From NCBI GenBank assembly GCA_964016885.1, contig OZ024766.1, positions 17,856,001 through 17,920,000 of the forward strand: a DNA stretch of 64,000 nt, in the 5' to 3' direction. A program made the translations under genes and the position numbers. Shown in pieces: positions 12,661 through 25,026 of this stretch. The DNA comes from Eledone cirrhosa (Eukaryota). The notes under the pieces were generated by a model. The model was not told where the DNA came from and ran no database searches. It saw only the letters and a list, made by a program, of their open reading frames with translations. The stretch's first letter is position 1; every line of letters begins with the position of its first letter.

Positions 12661-14495
12661 TCATCATCATTTTACGTCCACTTTTCCCTGCTTGCAAGGG
12701 TGGGACGGGTCTTATTCAGCACAGCATCTCTCCACTCGTCACGGTCCTTCGTCATCTCCACCGTGAGCTTCAACGATCTGAGGTCTGTTCTCACCACCTC
12801 CGCCCATGTTTTTCGTGGTCTACCTCTACCACGTCTTACTTCAACTGGCATTTCCTGGCACTTCTTCACCCATCGGTCATCCTCCATGCGCATCACATGT
12901 CCATACCACCTCAGTCTCCTCTCCCGTACACTACATTCTATCCCTCTCAGACACAGTTTCTCTCTCAACACATCACATGTCCATACCATCTCAGTCTCCT
13001 CTCCCACACACCACAACTTATCCCTCTTATACACAGTTTCTCTCTCAACACATCACATGTCCATACCATCTCAGTCTTCTCTCCCACACACCACAACTTA
13101 TCCCTCTTATACACAGTTTCTCTCTCAACACATCACATGTCCATACCACTTCAGCCTCCTCTCCCGTACACTACATTCTATCCCTCTCAGACACAGTTTC
13201 TCTCTCAACACATCACATGTCCATACCACTTCAGTCTCCTCTCCCGTACACTACATTCTATCCCTCTCAGACACAGTTTCTCTCTCAACACATCACATGT
13301 CCATACCACCTCAGTCTCCTCTCCCGTACACTACATTCTATCCCTCTCAGACACAGTTTCTCACTCAACACATCACATGTCCATACCACCTCAGTCTCCT
13401 CTCCCGTACACTACATTCTATCCCTCTCAGACACAGTTTCTCTCTCAACACATCACATGTCCATACCACCTCAGTCTCCTCTCCCGTACACTACATTCTA
13501 TCCCTCTCAGACACAGTTTCTCACTCAACACATCACATGTCCATACCACCTCAGTCTCCTCTCCCGTACACTACATTCTATCCCTCTCAGACACAGTTTC
13601 TCTCTCAACACATCACATGTCCATACCACCTCAGTCTCCTCTCCCGTACACTACATTCTATCCCTCTCAGACACAGTTTCTCACTCAACACATCACATGT
13701 CCATACCACCTCAGTCTCCTCTCCCGTACACTACATTCTATCCTTCTCAGACACAGTTTCTATCTCAACACATCACATGTCCATACCACCTCAGTCTCCT
13801 CTCCCGTACACTACATTCTATTCCTCTCAGACACAGTTTCTCTCTCAACACATCACATGTCCATACCACTTCAGTCTCCTCTCCTGTACACTACATTCTA
13901 TCCCTCTCAGACACAGTTTCTCTCTCAACACATCACATGTCCATACCACCTCAGTCTCCTGTCCCGTACACTACATTCTATCCTTCTCAGACACAGTTTC
14001 TCTCTCAACACATCACATGTCCATACCACCTCAGTCTCCTCTCCCGTACACTACATTCTATCCCTCTCAGACACAGTTTCTCTCTCAACACATCCATGCT
14101 GGGTCGTTCACACACATTGACATTGCACATCCAACGGAGCATGCTTGCTTCATTTCTCTCCAGCCGTCGCATATCCTCTGCAGTTGCTGCCCATGTCTCA
14201 CTACCATGCAGCATCGCGCTCCTCACACAGGCATCATACAACCAGCCTTTCGTACGCAGGGAGAAACCCTTCTTCATCAACAGAGGAAGCAGCTCCCTAA
14301 ACTTCTTCCAACCCGTCCTTATTCTAGATACTATGGCCTGGGAACACCCTCCTCCCATACTAATCTGATCACCTAGGTACCGGAAGCTATCCACCACTTC
14401 TATAGTACCCGCCTGCATTTGAAATATGTGTCTATCAATGCGACTTCTACTGTCTAATTTCCCTGTACATCTACTGCATATGTAGTTTTCCCTAC
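12661..14495 (-). mobile_element. RTE LINE 3' portion with ~15 x 80-bp internal tandem
   Basis: VVDSFRYLGD...LHGSETW...RLRWYGHVMRM...RGRGRPRKTW; (ATG)n tail at 12661. Confidence 0.92.
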
Positions 14496-14516
14496 CTCTT
14501 AGTTTGCCTGTTAGTT

Positions 14517-15508
14517 AAGTTGTGGTGTGTGGGAGAGAAGACTGAGATGGTATGGACATGTGATGTGTTGAGAGAGAAACTGTGTATAAGAGGGATAAGT
14601 TGTGGTGTGTGGGAGAGAAGACTGAGATGGTATGGACATGTGATGTGTTGAGAGAGAAACTGTGTATAAGAGGGATAAGTTGTGGTGTGTGGGAGAGGAG
14701 ACTGAGATGGTATGGACATGTGATGTGTTGAGAGAGAAACTGGGTATCAGAGGGATAAGTTGTGGTGTGTGGGAGAGAAGACTGAGATGGTATGGACATG
14801 TGATGAGAGAGAAACTGGGTATAAGAGGGATAAGTTGTGGTGTGTGGGAGAGAAGACTGAGATGGTATGGACATGTGATGAGAGAGAAACTGGGTATAAG
14901 AGGGATAAGTTGTGGTGTGTGGGAGAGAAGACTGAGATGGTATGGACATGTGATGTGTTGAGAGAGAAACTGTGTATAAGAGGGATAAGTTGTAGTGTGT
15001 GGGAGAGAAGACTAAGATGGTATGGACATGTGATGTGTTGAGAGAGAAACTGTGTATAAGAGGGATAAGTTGTGGTGTGTGGGAGAGAAGACTGAGATGG
15101 TATGGACATGTGATGTGTTGAGAGAGAAACTGTGTATAAGAGGGATAAGTTGTGGTGTGTGGGAGAGGAGACTGAGATGGTATGGACATGTGATGAGTTG
15201 AGAGAGAAACTGTGTCTGAGAGGGATAGAATGTAGTGTACGGGAGAGAAGACTGAGGTGGTATGGACATGTGATGTACATGGAGGATGACCGAGGGGTAA
15301 AGAGGTGCCAAGAAATCCCAGTAGAAGGAAGACGCAGTAGAGGTAGACCCCGAAACACATGGGAGGAGCTGGTGAGAACAGACCTCAGATCGCTGAAGCT
15401 CACGGTGGAGATGACGAAGGACCGTGACAAGTGGAGAGATGCTGTGCTGAATAGGACCCGCCCCACCCTTGCAAGCAGGGAAAAGCAGACGTAAAATGAT
15501 GATGATGA
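14517..15508 (+). mobile_element. RTE LINE 3' end in opposite orientation with ~9 x 80/75-bp units
   Basis: ORF 15132-15494 RLRWYGHVM...RSRGRPRNTW; tail gacgtaaaatgatgatga. Confidence 0.92.
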
Positions 15509-15781
15509 TATATATATATATAAATATATATATACACACACACACACACTGTTAATGAGCTATATATATACATATATATATATAGTAATAATAATAAATT
15601 TGAAGACTAAAATCCAAAGAGGGCTCAATAAGGATAAATATATATCAAATATATAAGAACCGTAGAGCAAATATTTATTAAAATAACAGATTAAAGTTTA
15701 AGCAAAGAATCGCTGCTTTCACTATTATTGAGCTAGATAGCTCTCTCTCTCTCTATATATATATATAAATATAAATATATA

Positions 15782-15815
<34 letters not shown>

Positions 15816-15914
15816 CACCATCACGGTGAAGAGGATACTAAGTTATCTTCCACAGAATCTTTTTCACTAACCTAAATACCTTAACATCACCACCACCACC
15901 ACCATCAGGATTAC

Positions 15915-16152
15915 ATCTAGGACTACATTATCTAATGTACAGTACAGTAGTTAGTATTAGTGGCTATCAGACCTAGTATATCTAGGACTACATTATCTAA
16001 TGTACAGTACAGTAGTTAGTATTAGTGGCTATCAGACATAGTGTATCTAGGACTACATTATCTAATGTACAGTACAGTAGTTAGTATTAGTGGCTATCAG
16101 ACATAGTGTATCTAGGACTACATTATCTAATGTACAGTACAGTAGTTAGTAT
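15915..16152. repeat. Short array (~3.5 copies) of the 65-bp minisatellite
   Basis: Same unit as 3450-6169. Confidence 0.9.
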
Positions 16153-16237
16153 TTCACCCTTAACGGGATCTTCTGAAACTAAAAGAATCAATCTGTGAAT
16201 GCAGCAGTAAATATTTCGAAAAACGTTACACACTATA

Positions 16238-16290
<53 letters not shown>

Positions 16291-16969
16291 TATATATACA
16301 TATATATACACACACACACACACACAGCATCATAATGTCGTAATGCAGACAGCCAGACATACAGACAGATATTATAAGGGCGCGACTTTATATCTATGTA
16401 TCTATCTAAAAAGAAAAAGACTAAGAATTATAGAGAGAGATCGCTAAATCGCCTAATGCGGTCCCTAGGGCATTGAAAATTTGAAATATTTTTTGGTCAA
16501 AACACTCACACGACCATAAGTATTACATGTGTAAAGTTTGAAAACAGTCGGTTGGGTGCTTCTCGAGTTTTAGGGAGTCAGACAGACATTCTGTGTTATA
16601 TATATATATATATATATATATATGCAAAAGTTTTATTTAAAATTGTTGGGTTACAACGAGTAAATATTTTATAACTGATATAAAAGCACTCAACAGATTT
16701 AACACTAAATATAAATATAAATAAATAATTACAGTACCCCCTTCCCTCATAAATCTCTCATTTGGTGTTTTTCTCTTTACATACATTTCTTCATCTTCTC
16801 CACCTTTCGCTCTTTCTTTTTCTTTTTTTCTTCCTTCTTTTTTTCTTTTTCTCCGTCTTTCTTTCTAACTGTCCTTAACAGTCTCACTACCATAACAACT
16901 TTTTAAATGGAAGTTGTAAAATTTTTTAAGGTATGTCAAATTTATTTATAAAACTGTTTATATATTGTA

Positions 16970-17031
16970 TTTTGTCTGAAGAGGACATACCATATTTTTA
17001 ATATGATATCCCTGAAATATATATAATGAAA
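16970..17031 (+). ncRNA. Minimal hammerhead motif, imperfect
   Basis: TTTGT-CTGAAGA-imperfect helix II (catatt/aatatg)-GAAA-TATATA-TA-ATGAA, then AATAAA; helix I relies on G-U pairs. Confidence 0.5.
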
Positions 17032-17073
17032 TAAATATGGTTTTATAAATGTACTTTCCATTTGTTTAATATC

Positions 17074-17119
<46 letters not shown>

Positions 17120-17897
17120 GTATCAAAGCCGAAATACGATTCTCGCTAATTTTTATTTGTATTAATCTCCTGAGTCTAGCTATTGACCAGTAAATTTTCT
17201 TGGTTTTTTTAGTTGATTCTATTGACTGATGAATAACTTTTGTTAACTTATAACCATTCTGTTGAGAGCTTAATTCGTTTTGTGATATTTTGCATTTTTG
17301 CAATAATATACACATACTGAATTTCATCCGCCAAAAATAAGAATTGCCTCCCTTGTCGAGCCCCACGTGGGTATCGGTGTCGGTATCGGTCATTCCTTGC
17401 CTGGCACTTGAACTAAAACCTGTTGAGAAAGTGACTTCCTTGTTCAATCATCTTACCAGAAGCCTAACATTATTTGTCTAAGCGGAGGTTAACTTTGCCT
17501 TTCATCCTTTCGGGGTCGATAAAATAAAGTACCAGTAATGCACTGGGTTAAATGCTGGCCTTGTGCCAAAAGTAGAAACAATTATATGTCTAAGCGGACA
17601 GTACTTGATTTAGGAGTCGCAGAAACACAAATGCTGGATTTTACCAACCATCCAGGGGTCCAGGTAAATTTTTCAATCACATATTTTTTTATTTGTTTCA
17701 CCCGAATTACTTGGTCGTTTCTATGGTTGTGCGGATGACGGTTTAACCATCGTCTCAGTGTGTTTGGCCTTTTAACGTATGTTGTAGCTCTGGTTCGTCA
17801 GAATTATTGAACACTTGCCACACATCTCGGAAGTTGTTTTTCGCTAATTCCAAAGCCGAAATACGATGCTCGCTAATTTATATATATATATATATAT

Positions 17898-18112
17898 ATT
17901 GTTATACTTTGGGAGGGTCATGTTGCCAATAAGAAACACACGCACCAGTTGCTTTCACTTCAATTTATTATAATAAATTTATAATAAATTTATAAATTTA
18001 TAAATTTCTGGTTGGTTGGTTCGTTCCACAACATGACCCTCCCAAAGTATAACAATATCGGTTTCAACACACGATTTCAGATAAAGAATCTTGCTAAACA
18101 AATTCAGAAACG

Positions 18113-18115
<3 letters not shown>
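17898..18115. mobile_element. Fragments of (TA)n-embedded HHR-bearing element (family P1)
   Basis: ttgttatactttgggagggtcatgttg...caacatgaccctcccaaagtataacaa inverted ends, shared with 41734-42150 and 55745-57560. Confidence 0.7.
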
Positions 18116-18161
<46 letters not shown>

Positions 18162-18164
<3 letters not shown>

Positions 18165-18352
18165 CGAAGGAAATGTGGTAAGGAACCAGGTGGACCATAA
18201 CGCACCAAAGTACTCAATACTTAGGGTAGTAGAGTGGGTAATAGGAACAAGTAAGACCCCGACGGCTGAGCTCAAGCCGTTTCGACGGCAAATTCTGGTC
18301 CAGAATTAGCCGTCGAAACGGCTTGAGCTCAGCCGTCGGGGTCTTATTTGTT

Positions 18353-18357
<5 letters not shown>
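18162..18357 (+). mobile_element. (TA)n-flanked foldback element (family P2)
   Basis: Body aacgaaggaaatgtggtaaggaacc... followed by an inverted copy of its own distal ~55 bp; related copies at 21952, 44942, 45402, 56985 and 59643. Confidence 0.75.
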
Positions 18358-18390
<33 letters not shown>

Positions 18391-18399
18391 CACATATAT

Positions 18400-18800
18400 T
18401 TAATGATAGGGACCCCAGTCCCTATCATCTCCTTTCTACAGCTGAGTAAACTGGAGCAATGTGAAATAAAGTGTCTTGCTGAAGGAAACAACACATCACC
18501 CGGTCTGAGAATTGAACTCACAACCTTTCGATTGCAAGGCCAATGCTCTAACCACTAAGCCATGTGCCTTCACCACTTTACAAGGAGGGGGGTAGAGGAT
18601 AGAAAGTTGAAGCATATTCTACAACGGGAGGCCCGGGGACGTGAGGTGTTCGGGACTGCGAGGCAAGGTGTGAAGAAGAACTGTGGTATGGTCGGGCATC
18701 GGGCAGACGTGTGTCCGTAATGACGACGGTGTACTTGCCCTCACTGAGGCTGGTAAGAAGGGAATTTGGAAGGTGGCCTGGGAAACACTGTTAGATACAA
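18400..18800. mobile_element. Composite of SINE A (minus, 18400-18571) and RTE ORF2 fragment (plus)
   Basis: SINE core and head, then CVRNDDGVLALTEAGKKGIWK; same composite at 23978-24378. Confidence 0.75.
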
Positions 18801-21433
18801 CTGCAACCCTGAGCGCCTCTTTGATCTCCATGTGTCTAACACACGTGGACATGCCTACAAGATAAGAAAACAGCACAGCTCCCATGACTTTTGCAGACAT
18901 TTTTTCACGCTCAGAGTTGCTGAAGCATGGAACAAACTGCCTGCGTCAATTGTTAGCTGCCGAGACACTGCATCCTTTAAAACCTCCATGGAACAAACTG
19001 CCTGCGTCAATTCTTAGCTGTCGAGACACTGCATCCTTTAAAACCTCCATGGAACAAACTGCCTGCGTCAATTGTTAGCTGTCGAGACACTGCATCCTTT
19101 AAAACCTCCATGGAACAAACTGCCTGCGTCAATTGTTAGCTGCCGAGACACTGCATCCTTTAAAACCTCCATGGAACAAACTGCCTGCGTCAATTGTTAG
19201 CTGCCGAGACACTGCATCCTTTAAAACCTCCATGGAACAAACTGCCTGCGTCAATTGTTAGCTGCCGAGACACTGCATCCTTTAAAACCTCCATGGAACA
19301 AACTGCCTGCGTCAATTGTTAGCTGCCGAGACACTGCATCCTTTAAAACCTCCATGGAACAAACTGCCTGCGTCAATTGTTAGCTGCCGAGACACTGCAT
19401 CCTTTAAAACCTCCATGGAACAAACTGCCTGCGTCAGTTGTTAGCTGCCGAGACACTGCATCCTTTAAAACCTCCATGGAACAAACTGCCTGCGTCAATT
19501 GTTAGCTGCCGAGACACTGCATCCTTTAAAACCTCCATGGAACAAACTGCCTGCATCAGTTGTTAGCTGCCGAGACACTGCATCCTTTAAAACCTCCATG
19601 GAACAAACTGCCTGCGTCAATTGTTAGCTGCCGAGACACTACATCCTTTAAAACCTCCATGGAACAAACTGCCTGCGTCAGTTGTTAGCTGTCGAGACAC
19701 TGCATCCTTTAAAACCTCCATGGAACAAACTGCCTGCATCAGTTGTTAGCTGCCGAGACACTGCATCCTTTAAAACCTCCATGGAACAAACTGCCTGCGT
19801 CAATTGTTAGCTGCCGAGACACTGCATCCTTTAAAACCTCCATGGAACAAACTGCCTGCGTCAATTGTTAGCTGCCGAGACACTGCATCCTTTAAAACCT
19901 CCATGGAACAAACTGCCTGCGTCAATTGTTAGCTGTCGAGACACTGCATCCTTTAAAACCTCCATGGAACAAACTGCCTGCGTCAATTGTTAGCTGTCGA
20001 GACACTGCATCCTTTAAAACCTCCATGGAACAAACTGCCTGCGTCAATTGTTAGCTGCCGAGACACTGCATCCTTTAAAACCTCCATGGAACAAACTGCC
20101 TGCATCAGTTGTTAGCTGTCGAGACATGCATCCTTTAAAACCTCCATGGAACAAACTGCCTGTATCAGTTGTTAGCTGTCGAGACACTGCATCCTTTAAA
20201 ACCTCCATGGAACAAACTGCCTGCGTCAATTGTTAGCTGCCGAGACACTGCATCCTTTAAAACCTCCATGGAACAAACTGCCTGCATCAGTTGTTAGCTG
20301 CCGAGACACTTCATCCTTTAAAACCTCCATGGAACAAACTGCCTGCGTCAATTGTTAGCTGCCGAGACACTACATCCTTTAAAACCTCCATGGAACAAAC
20401 TGCCTGCGTCAGTTGTTAGCTGTCGAGACACTGCATCCTTTAAAACCTCCATGGAACAAACTGCCTGCATCAGTTGTTAGCTGCCGAGACACTGCATCCT
20501 TTAAAACCTCCATGGAACAAACTGCCTGCGTCAATTGTTAGCTGCCGAGACACTGCATCCTTTAAAACCTCCATGGAACAAACTGCCTGCGTCAATTGTT
20601 AGCTGCCGAGACACTGCATCCTTTAAAACCTCCATGGAACAAACTGCCTGCGTCAGTTGTTAGCTGTCGAGACACTGCATCCTTTAAAACCTCCATGGAA
20701 CAAACTGCCTGCGTCAATTGTTAGCTGTCGAGACACTGCATCCTTTAAAACCTCCATGGAACAAACTACCTGCGTCAGTTGTTAGCTGCCGAGACACTGC
20801 ATCCTTTAAAACCTCCATGGAACAAACTGCCTGCGTCAATTGTTAGCTGCCGAGACACTGCATCCTTTAAAACCTCCATGGAACAAACTACCTGTATCAG
20901 TTGTTAGCTGTCGAGACACTGCATCCTTTAAAACCTCCATGGAACAAACTACCTGCATCAGTTGTTAGCTGTCGAGACATGCATCCTTTAAAACCTCCAT
21001 GGAACAAACTGCCTGTATCAGTTGTTAGCTGCCGAGACACTGCATCCTTTAAAACCTCCATGGAACAAACTGCCTGCGTCAGTTGTTAGCTGCCGAGACA
21101 CTGCATCCTTTAAGACACTCATGCTTCCCAAAATACGCCAAAACTACACCTGATGTACCCCTTCCATACACATGCACACATGTGTGTATCATGACTCGTG
21201 CACTGTTCATTTTACTGATGTTTGTGCATTGCCCTATGTACTGTACATGCACTTTTTTGATGAGTTGTGGTGCACCTGGGCACTGTGCACAATATTTCGT
21301 TTTTGTTATTGTTATTATATCATGACTCATACACTGTTCATTTTCCTGACATTTGTACATTATTCTATGTACTATACATGCACCTTTGATGAGTTGTGGT
21401 GCACCTGAGCACTGTACACAATAATTTCATTAT
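18800..21433 (+). mobile_element. CR1 LINE 3' end with ~36 x 61-bp internal tandem (18926-21112)
   Basis: NTRGHAYKIRKQHSSHDF..FFTLRVAEAWNKLP, then unit catggaacaaactgcctgcgtcaattgttagctgccgagacactgcatcctttaaaacctc, then 3' UTR ending ttcattattat. Confidence 0.93.
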
Positions 21434-21490
<57 letters not shown>

Positions 21491-21758
21491 TCACATACAC
21501 ATACACACACACACACATATATATACACACACATACACTCACATATGGAGATTTCAGAGGAGAACAGCAGACATCTTACTATATATATTCACAGTAGTTT
21601 CTCAGCTTCCTTTGGTAGGTAATTTGATACCAGTTATGCGTGTAGGGTGTCAGGGCTGCTTGTCAGCCACAACAGGTATTTTTGGTGCTGTTGGTGTTGT
21701 TGTTGGTGTTGTTGGTGTTGCTAACTGCATATGTACCATGTGAGTGTGTGTGTGTATG

Positions 21759-21793
<35 letters not shown>

Positions 21794-21794
21794 G

Positions 21795-21826
<32 letters not shown>

Positions 21827-21846
21827 TGTATATATATGTATATATG

Positions 21847-21891
<45 letters not shown>

Positions 21892-21900
21892 GTATATATG

Positions 21901-21945
<45 letters not shown>

Positions 21946-21951
21946 GTATAT

Positions 21952-22142
21952 ATAGGAACGAGTAGGACCCCGACGGCTGAGCTCAAGCCGTTTCGATGGC
22001 TAATTCTGGACTAAATCAATAATTTAGTCCAGAATTAGCCGTCGGGGTCCTACTCGTTCCTATTACCCACTCTACTACCCTAAGTATTGAGTACTTTGGT
22101 GCGTTTTGGTCCACCTGGTTCCTTACCACATTTCCTTCGTTA
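21952..22142 (-). mobile_element. Family P2 foldback element
   Basis: Reverse complement of the 18162 body with an inverted segment centred at ~22019. Confidence 0.75.
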
Positions 22143-22154
22143 TATATATATATG

Positions 22155-22206
<52 letters not shown>

Positions 22207-22363
22207 AAATTTCAAGTTATCAATAATGTAGTGATAATATATCGTTACGTTAGAGATGAACAGCGTATGTGTGGGTTTGCTCAACGAGTATAAATTATAT
22301 TCCGGAGAAAATGTAGAAAAGAAAAATATAAAATGAAAGTGCTTTTATAAAGGAATTTATTAG

Positions 22364-23220
22364 GTATTGACATATGTTTCTGTAACAGACGGAATACCTA
22401 TGTATCGCTGCTTGCGTAATCATATAATGTTAGCAAGTATTCGATAGCAAATGTATAATCAGTGGTCACTTCTTCAGAGATATTGGATTAATTTGAAAAA
22501 ATCAGAAAAATTAAAGTATTTATATTAGTTGTAAGAAAGGAAGAAGACAAGGGATAGTATATGAAAGATGGCAATTCAATTTACTGGTAAACAAATATAT
22601 AAAAGGTTTTTAATGAGAATACAATGAGTATATGGCTTATTTTATCTAAATAAGAATTTTGGGGAGAGCCTTTTTTAATTTATATTTGAACAATTGAACA
22701 ATGGACAGGGCTGGTCGTTTGGTGTAGTAGTATTAATACAGATATAAGGTGTCAAGTAAGGAAGAGAGATTTTCACTGCTACTGTATAACAACAATGCTG
22801 GTAGCCTGCTGGTATATGCATTAGGGAATTGAATTAAGAAATATCATTTTTTCTATAGCAGTTTATATTAAATGCTAAAGAATAGAAGAGTTGATAGAAT
22901 TAAGACTAATAGAGAATGTTAATATGTAGATGGAGACAGGCGTTCAATCCTGGCAGCGTTTGTAATGTGAAAATGTAGATTTCAAGCGGTTACAGTATAA
23001 CGATTGCTCTATTCTGTTATTTAATAAAATATTTTTGGATTTCATAATACAAAATATTTCCATATAACACAATTTACAAAATTCCTGTCCTTGGAAATAT
23101 GCAGGGGCAGGCTACTATTATATCTCATTTTAGGTTAAATTGTTGGTTATTTTCGCGCAGCTGCCAAGCCTTGTCTGCGAGTGTTGTTATATAACGCTGG
23201 TTTTCATGTTTTATCGAGTA
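22364..23220 (-). mobile_element. Decayed Penelope-like element: GIY-YIG C-terminal remnant plus downstream degenerate hammerhead (22364-22484)
   Basis: Minus-strand peptides RLKSTFSHYKRCQD*TPVSIYI and AGYQHCCY; downstream CTGAAGA-aGTGAC...GTTACa-GAAA-CATATG-TC, then AATAAA. Confidence 0.45.
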
Positions 23221-23223
23221 ACG

Positions 23224-23365
23224 ATGTCTATAAAGGCGAGATTTGAAGGAGGTAGCTGTAGACCCCACATAAGTACCACTTCTGGCTACTATCGAATCGG
23301 GTAGCCAGAAGTGGTACTATGTGGGGTCTACAGCTACCTCCTTCAAATCTCGCCTTTATAGACAT
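23224..23365. repeat. Near-perfect hairpin, ~65-bp arms
   Basis: atgtctataaaggcgag...ctggctac / gtagccag...ctcgcctttatagacat with a ~10-nt loop and one bulge. Confidence 0.9.
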
Positions 23366-23373
23366 ATAGTAAT

Positions 23374-24000
23374 TAAATGATAGGGACCCCAGTCCTATCA
23401 TGTGACAGCTCACACCTATGCAGGTTTAGCTGGCCTCCTCCAAGGTATATCTCGTTGGAGGTGTCTTGGGTGATTTAATGATAGGGACCACAGTCCTATC
23501 AGTTACAGCTCACACCTATGCACGTTTAGCTGGCCTCCTCCAAGGTATATCTCGTTGGAGGTCTCTTGGGTGATTTAATGATAGGGACCCCAGTCCTATC
23601 AAGTTGTAACAGCTCACACCTATGTAGGTTTAGCTGGCCTCCTCCAAGGTATATCTCGTTGGAGGTGTCTTGGGTAATTTAATGATAGGGACCCCAGTCC
23701 TATCAGTTACAGCTTACACCTATGTAGGTTTAGCTGGCCTCCTCCAAGGTATATCTCATTGGCGGTGTCTTGGGTGATTTAATGATAGGGACCCCAGTCC
23801 TATCAAGTTGTGACAGCTCACACCTATGTAGGTTTAGCTGGCCTCCTCCAAGGTATATCTCGTTGGTGTCTTGGGTGATTTAATGATAGGGACCCCAGTC
23901 CTATCAGTTACAGCTCACACATATGCAGGTTTAGCTGGCCTCCTCCAAGGTATATCTCGGGGGTATCTTGGGTAATTTAATGATAGGGACCCCAGTCCCT
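23374..24000. repeat. ~100-bp tandem repeat, ~6 copies, built on the SINE A hairpin
   Basis: atgatagggaccccagtcctatca recurs at ~23378, 23478, 23578, 23682, 23782, 23883 and 23980. Confidence 0.9.
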
Positions 24001-24378
24001 ATCATCTCATTTCTACAGCTGAGTAAACTGGAGCAATGTGAAATAAAGTGTCTTGCTCAAGGAAACAACACATCACCCTGTCTGAGAATTGAACTCACAA
24101 CCTTTCGATTGCAAGCCCAATGCTCTAACCACTAAGCCATGCGCCTTCACCACTTTACAATGAGGGGGCGGGGGGCAGAGGATAGAACGTTGAAGCATAT
24201 TCTACAACGGGAGGCCCGGGGACGTGAGGTGTTCGGGATTGCAAGGCAAGGTGTGAAGAAGAACTGTGGTATGGTCGGGCATCGGGCAGACGTGTGTCCG
24301 TAATGACGATGGTGTACTTGCCCTCACTGAGGCTGGTAAGAAGGGAGCTTGGAAGGTGACCTGGGGGTACACTGTTAG
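23978..24378. mobile_element. SINE A (minus) plus RTE fragment composite, second copy
   Basis: Near-identical to 18400-18800. Confidence 0.75.
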
Positions 24379-25026
24379 ATACACACACACACACACATAC
24401 GCACGCACTCACACACATATACACACACACACACCAACACACCAACACACACACACACATACACCAACACATACACACACCAATACACACACACACCCAC
24501 GCACTCACACACACATACCCCCCCATACACACACACATCAACACACACACACACCAAGACACACACACGCCCCCCTCCACAGAGCAAGACACACGCACAC
24601 CAAGACACACACACACCCACCAACACAAACACCGACACACAAACACACCAACACATACACACACACGCACACCAAGACACACATACACACACACACACCA
24701 ATACACACACACAACCAACACACACGCACACACACTCACCAACACACACACACACCAATACCCCCCCCCCCCACATACACCCACACACACCAATAAACAC
24801 ACACACACACACCAACACACACGCCAACACATACACACACACCAACACACACACCAACACACACACACACCAACACACACACACAGTCAAACAAACAACC
24901 AACTCACTAGCAGGATACTAGAATGCTGAAATTCCACAGCAGCTACCTATAATTAGTAACTTGTTTAGTAACTTACTAACGATGGTGAAAAGATGCTACC
25001 ATAGCGACACGTGTGATAATATTGTC

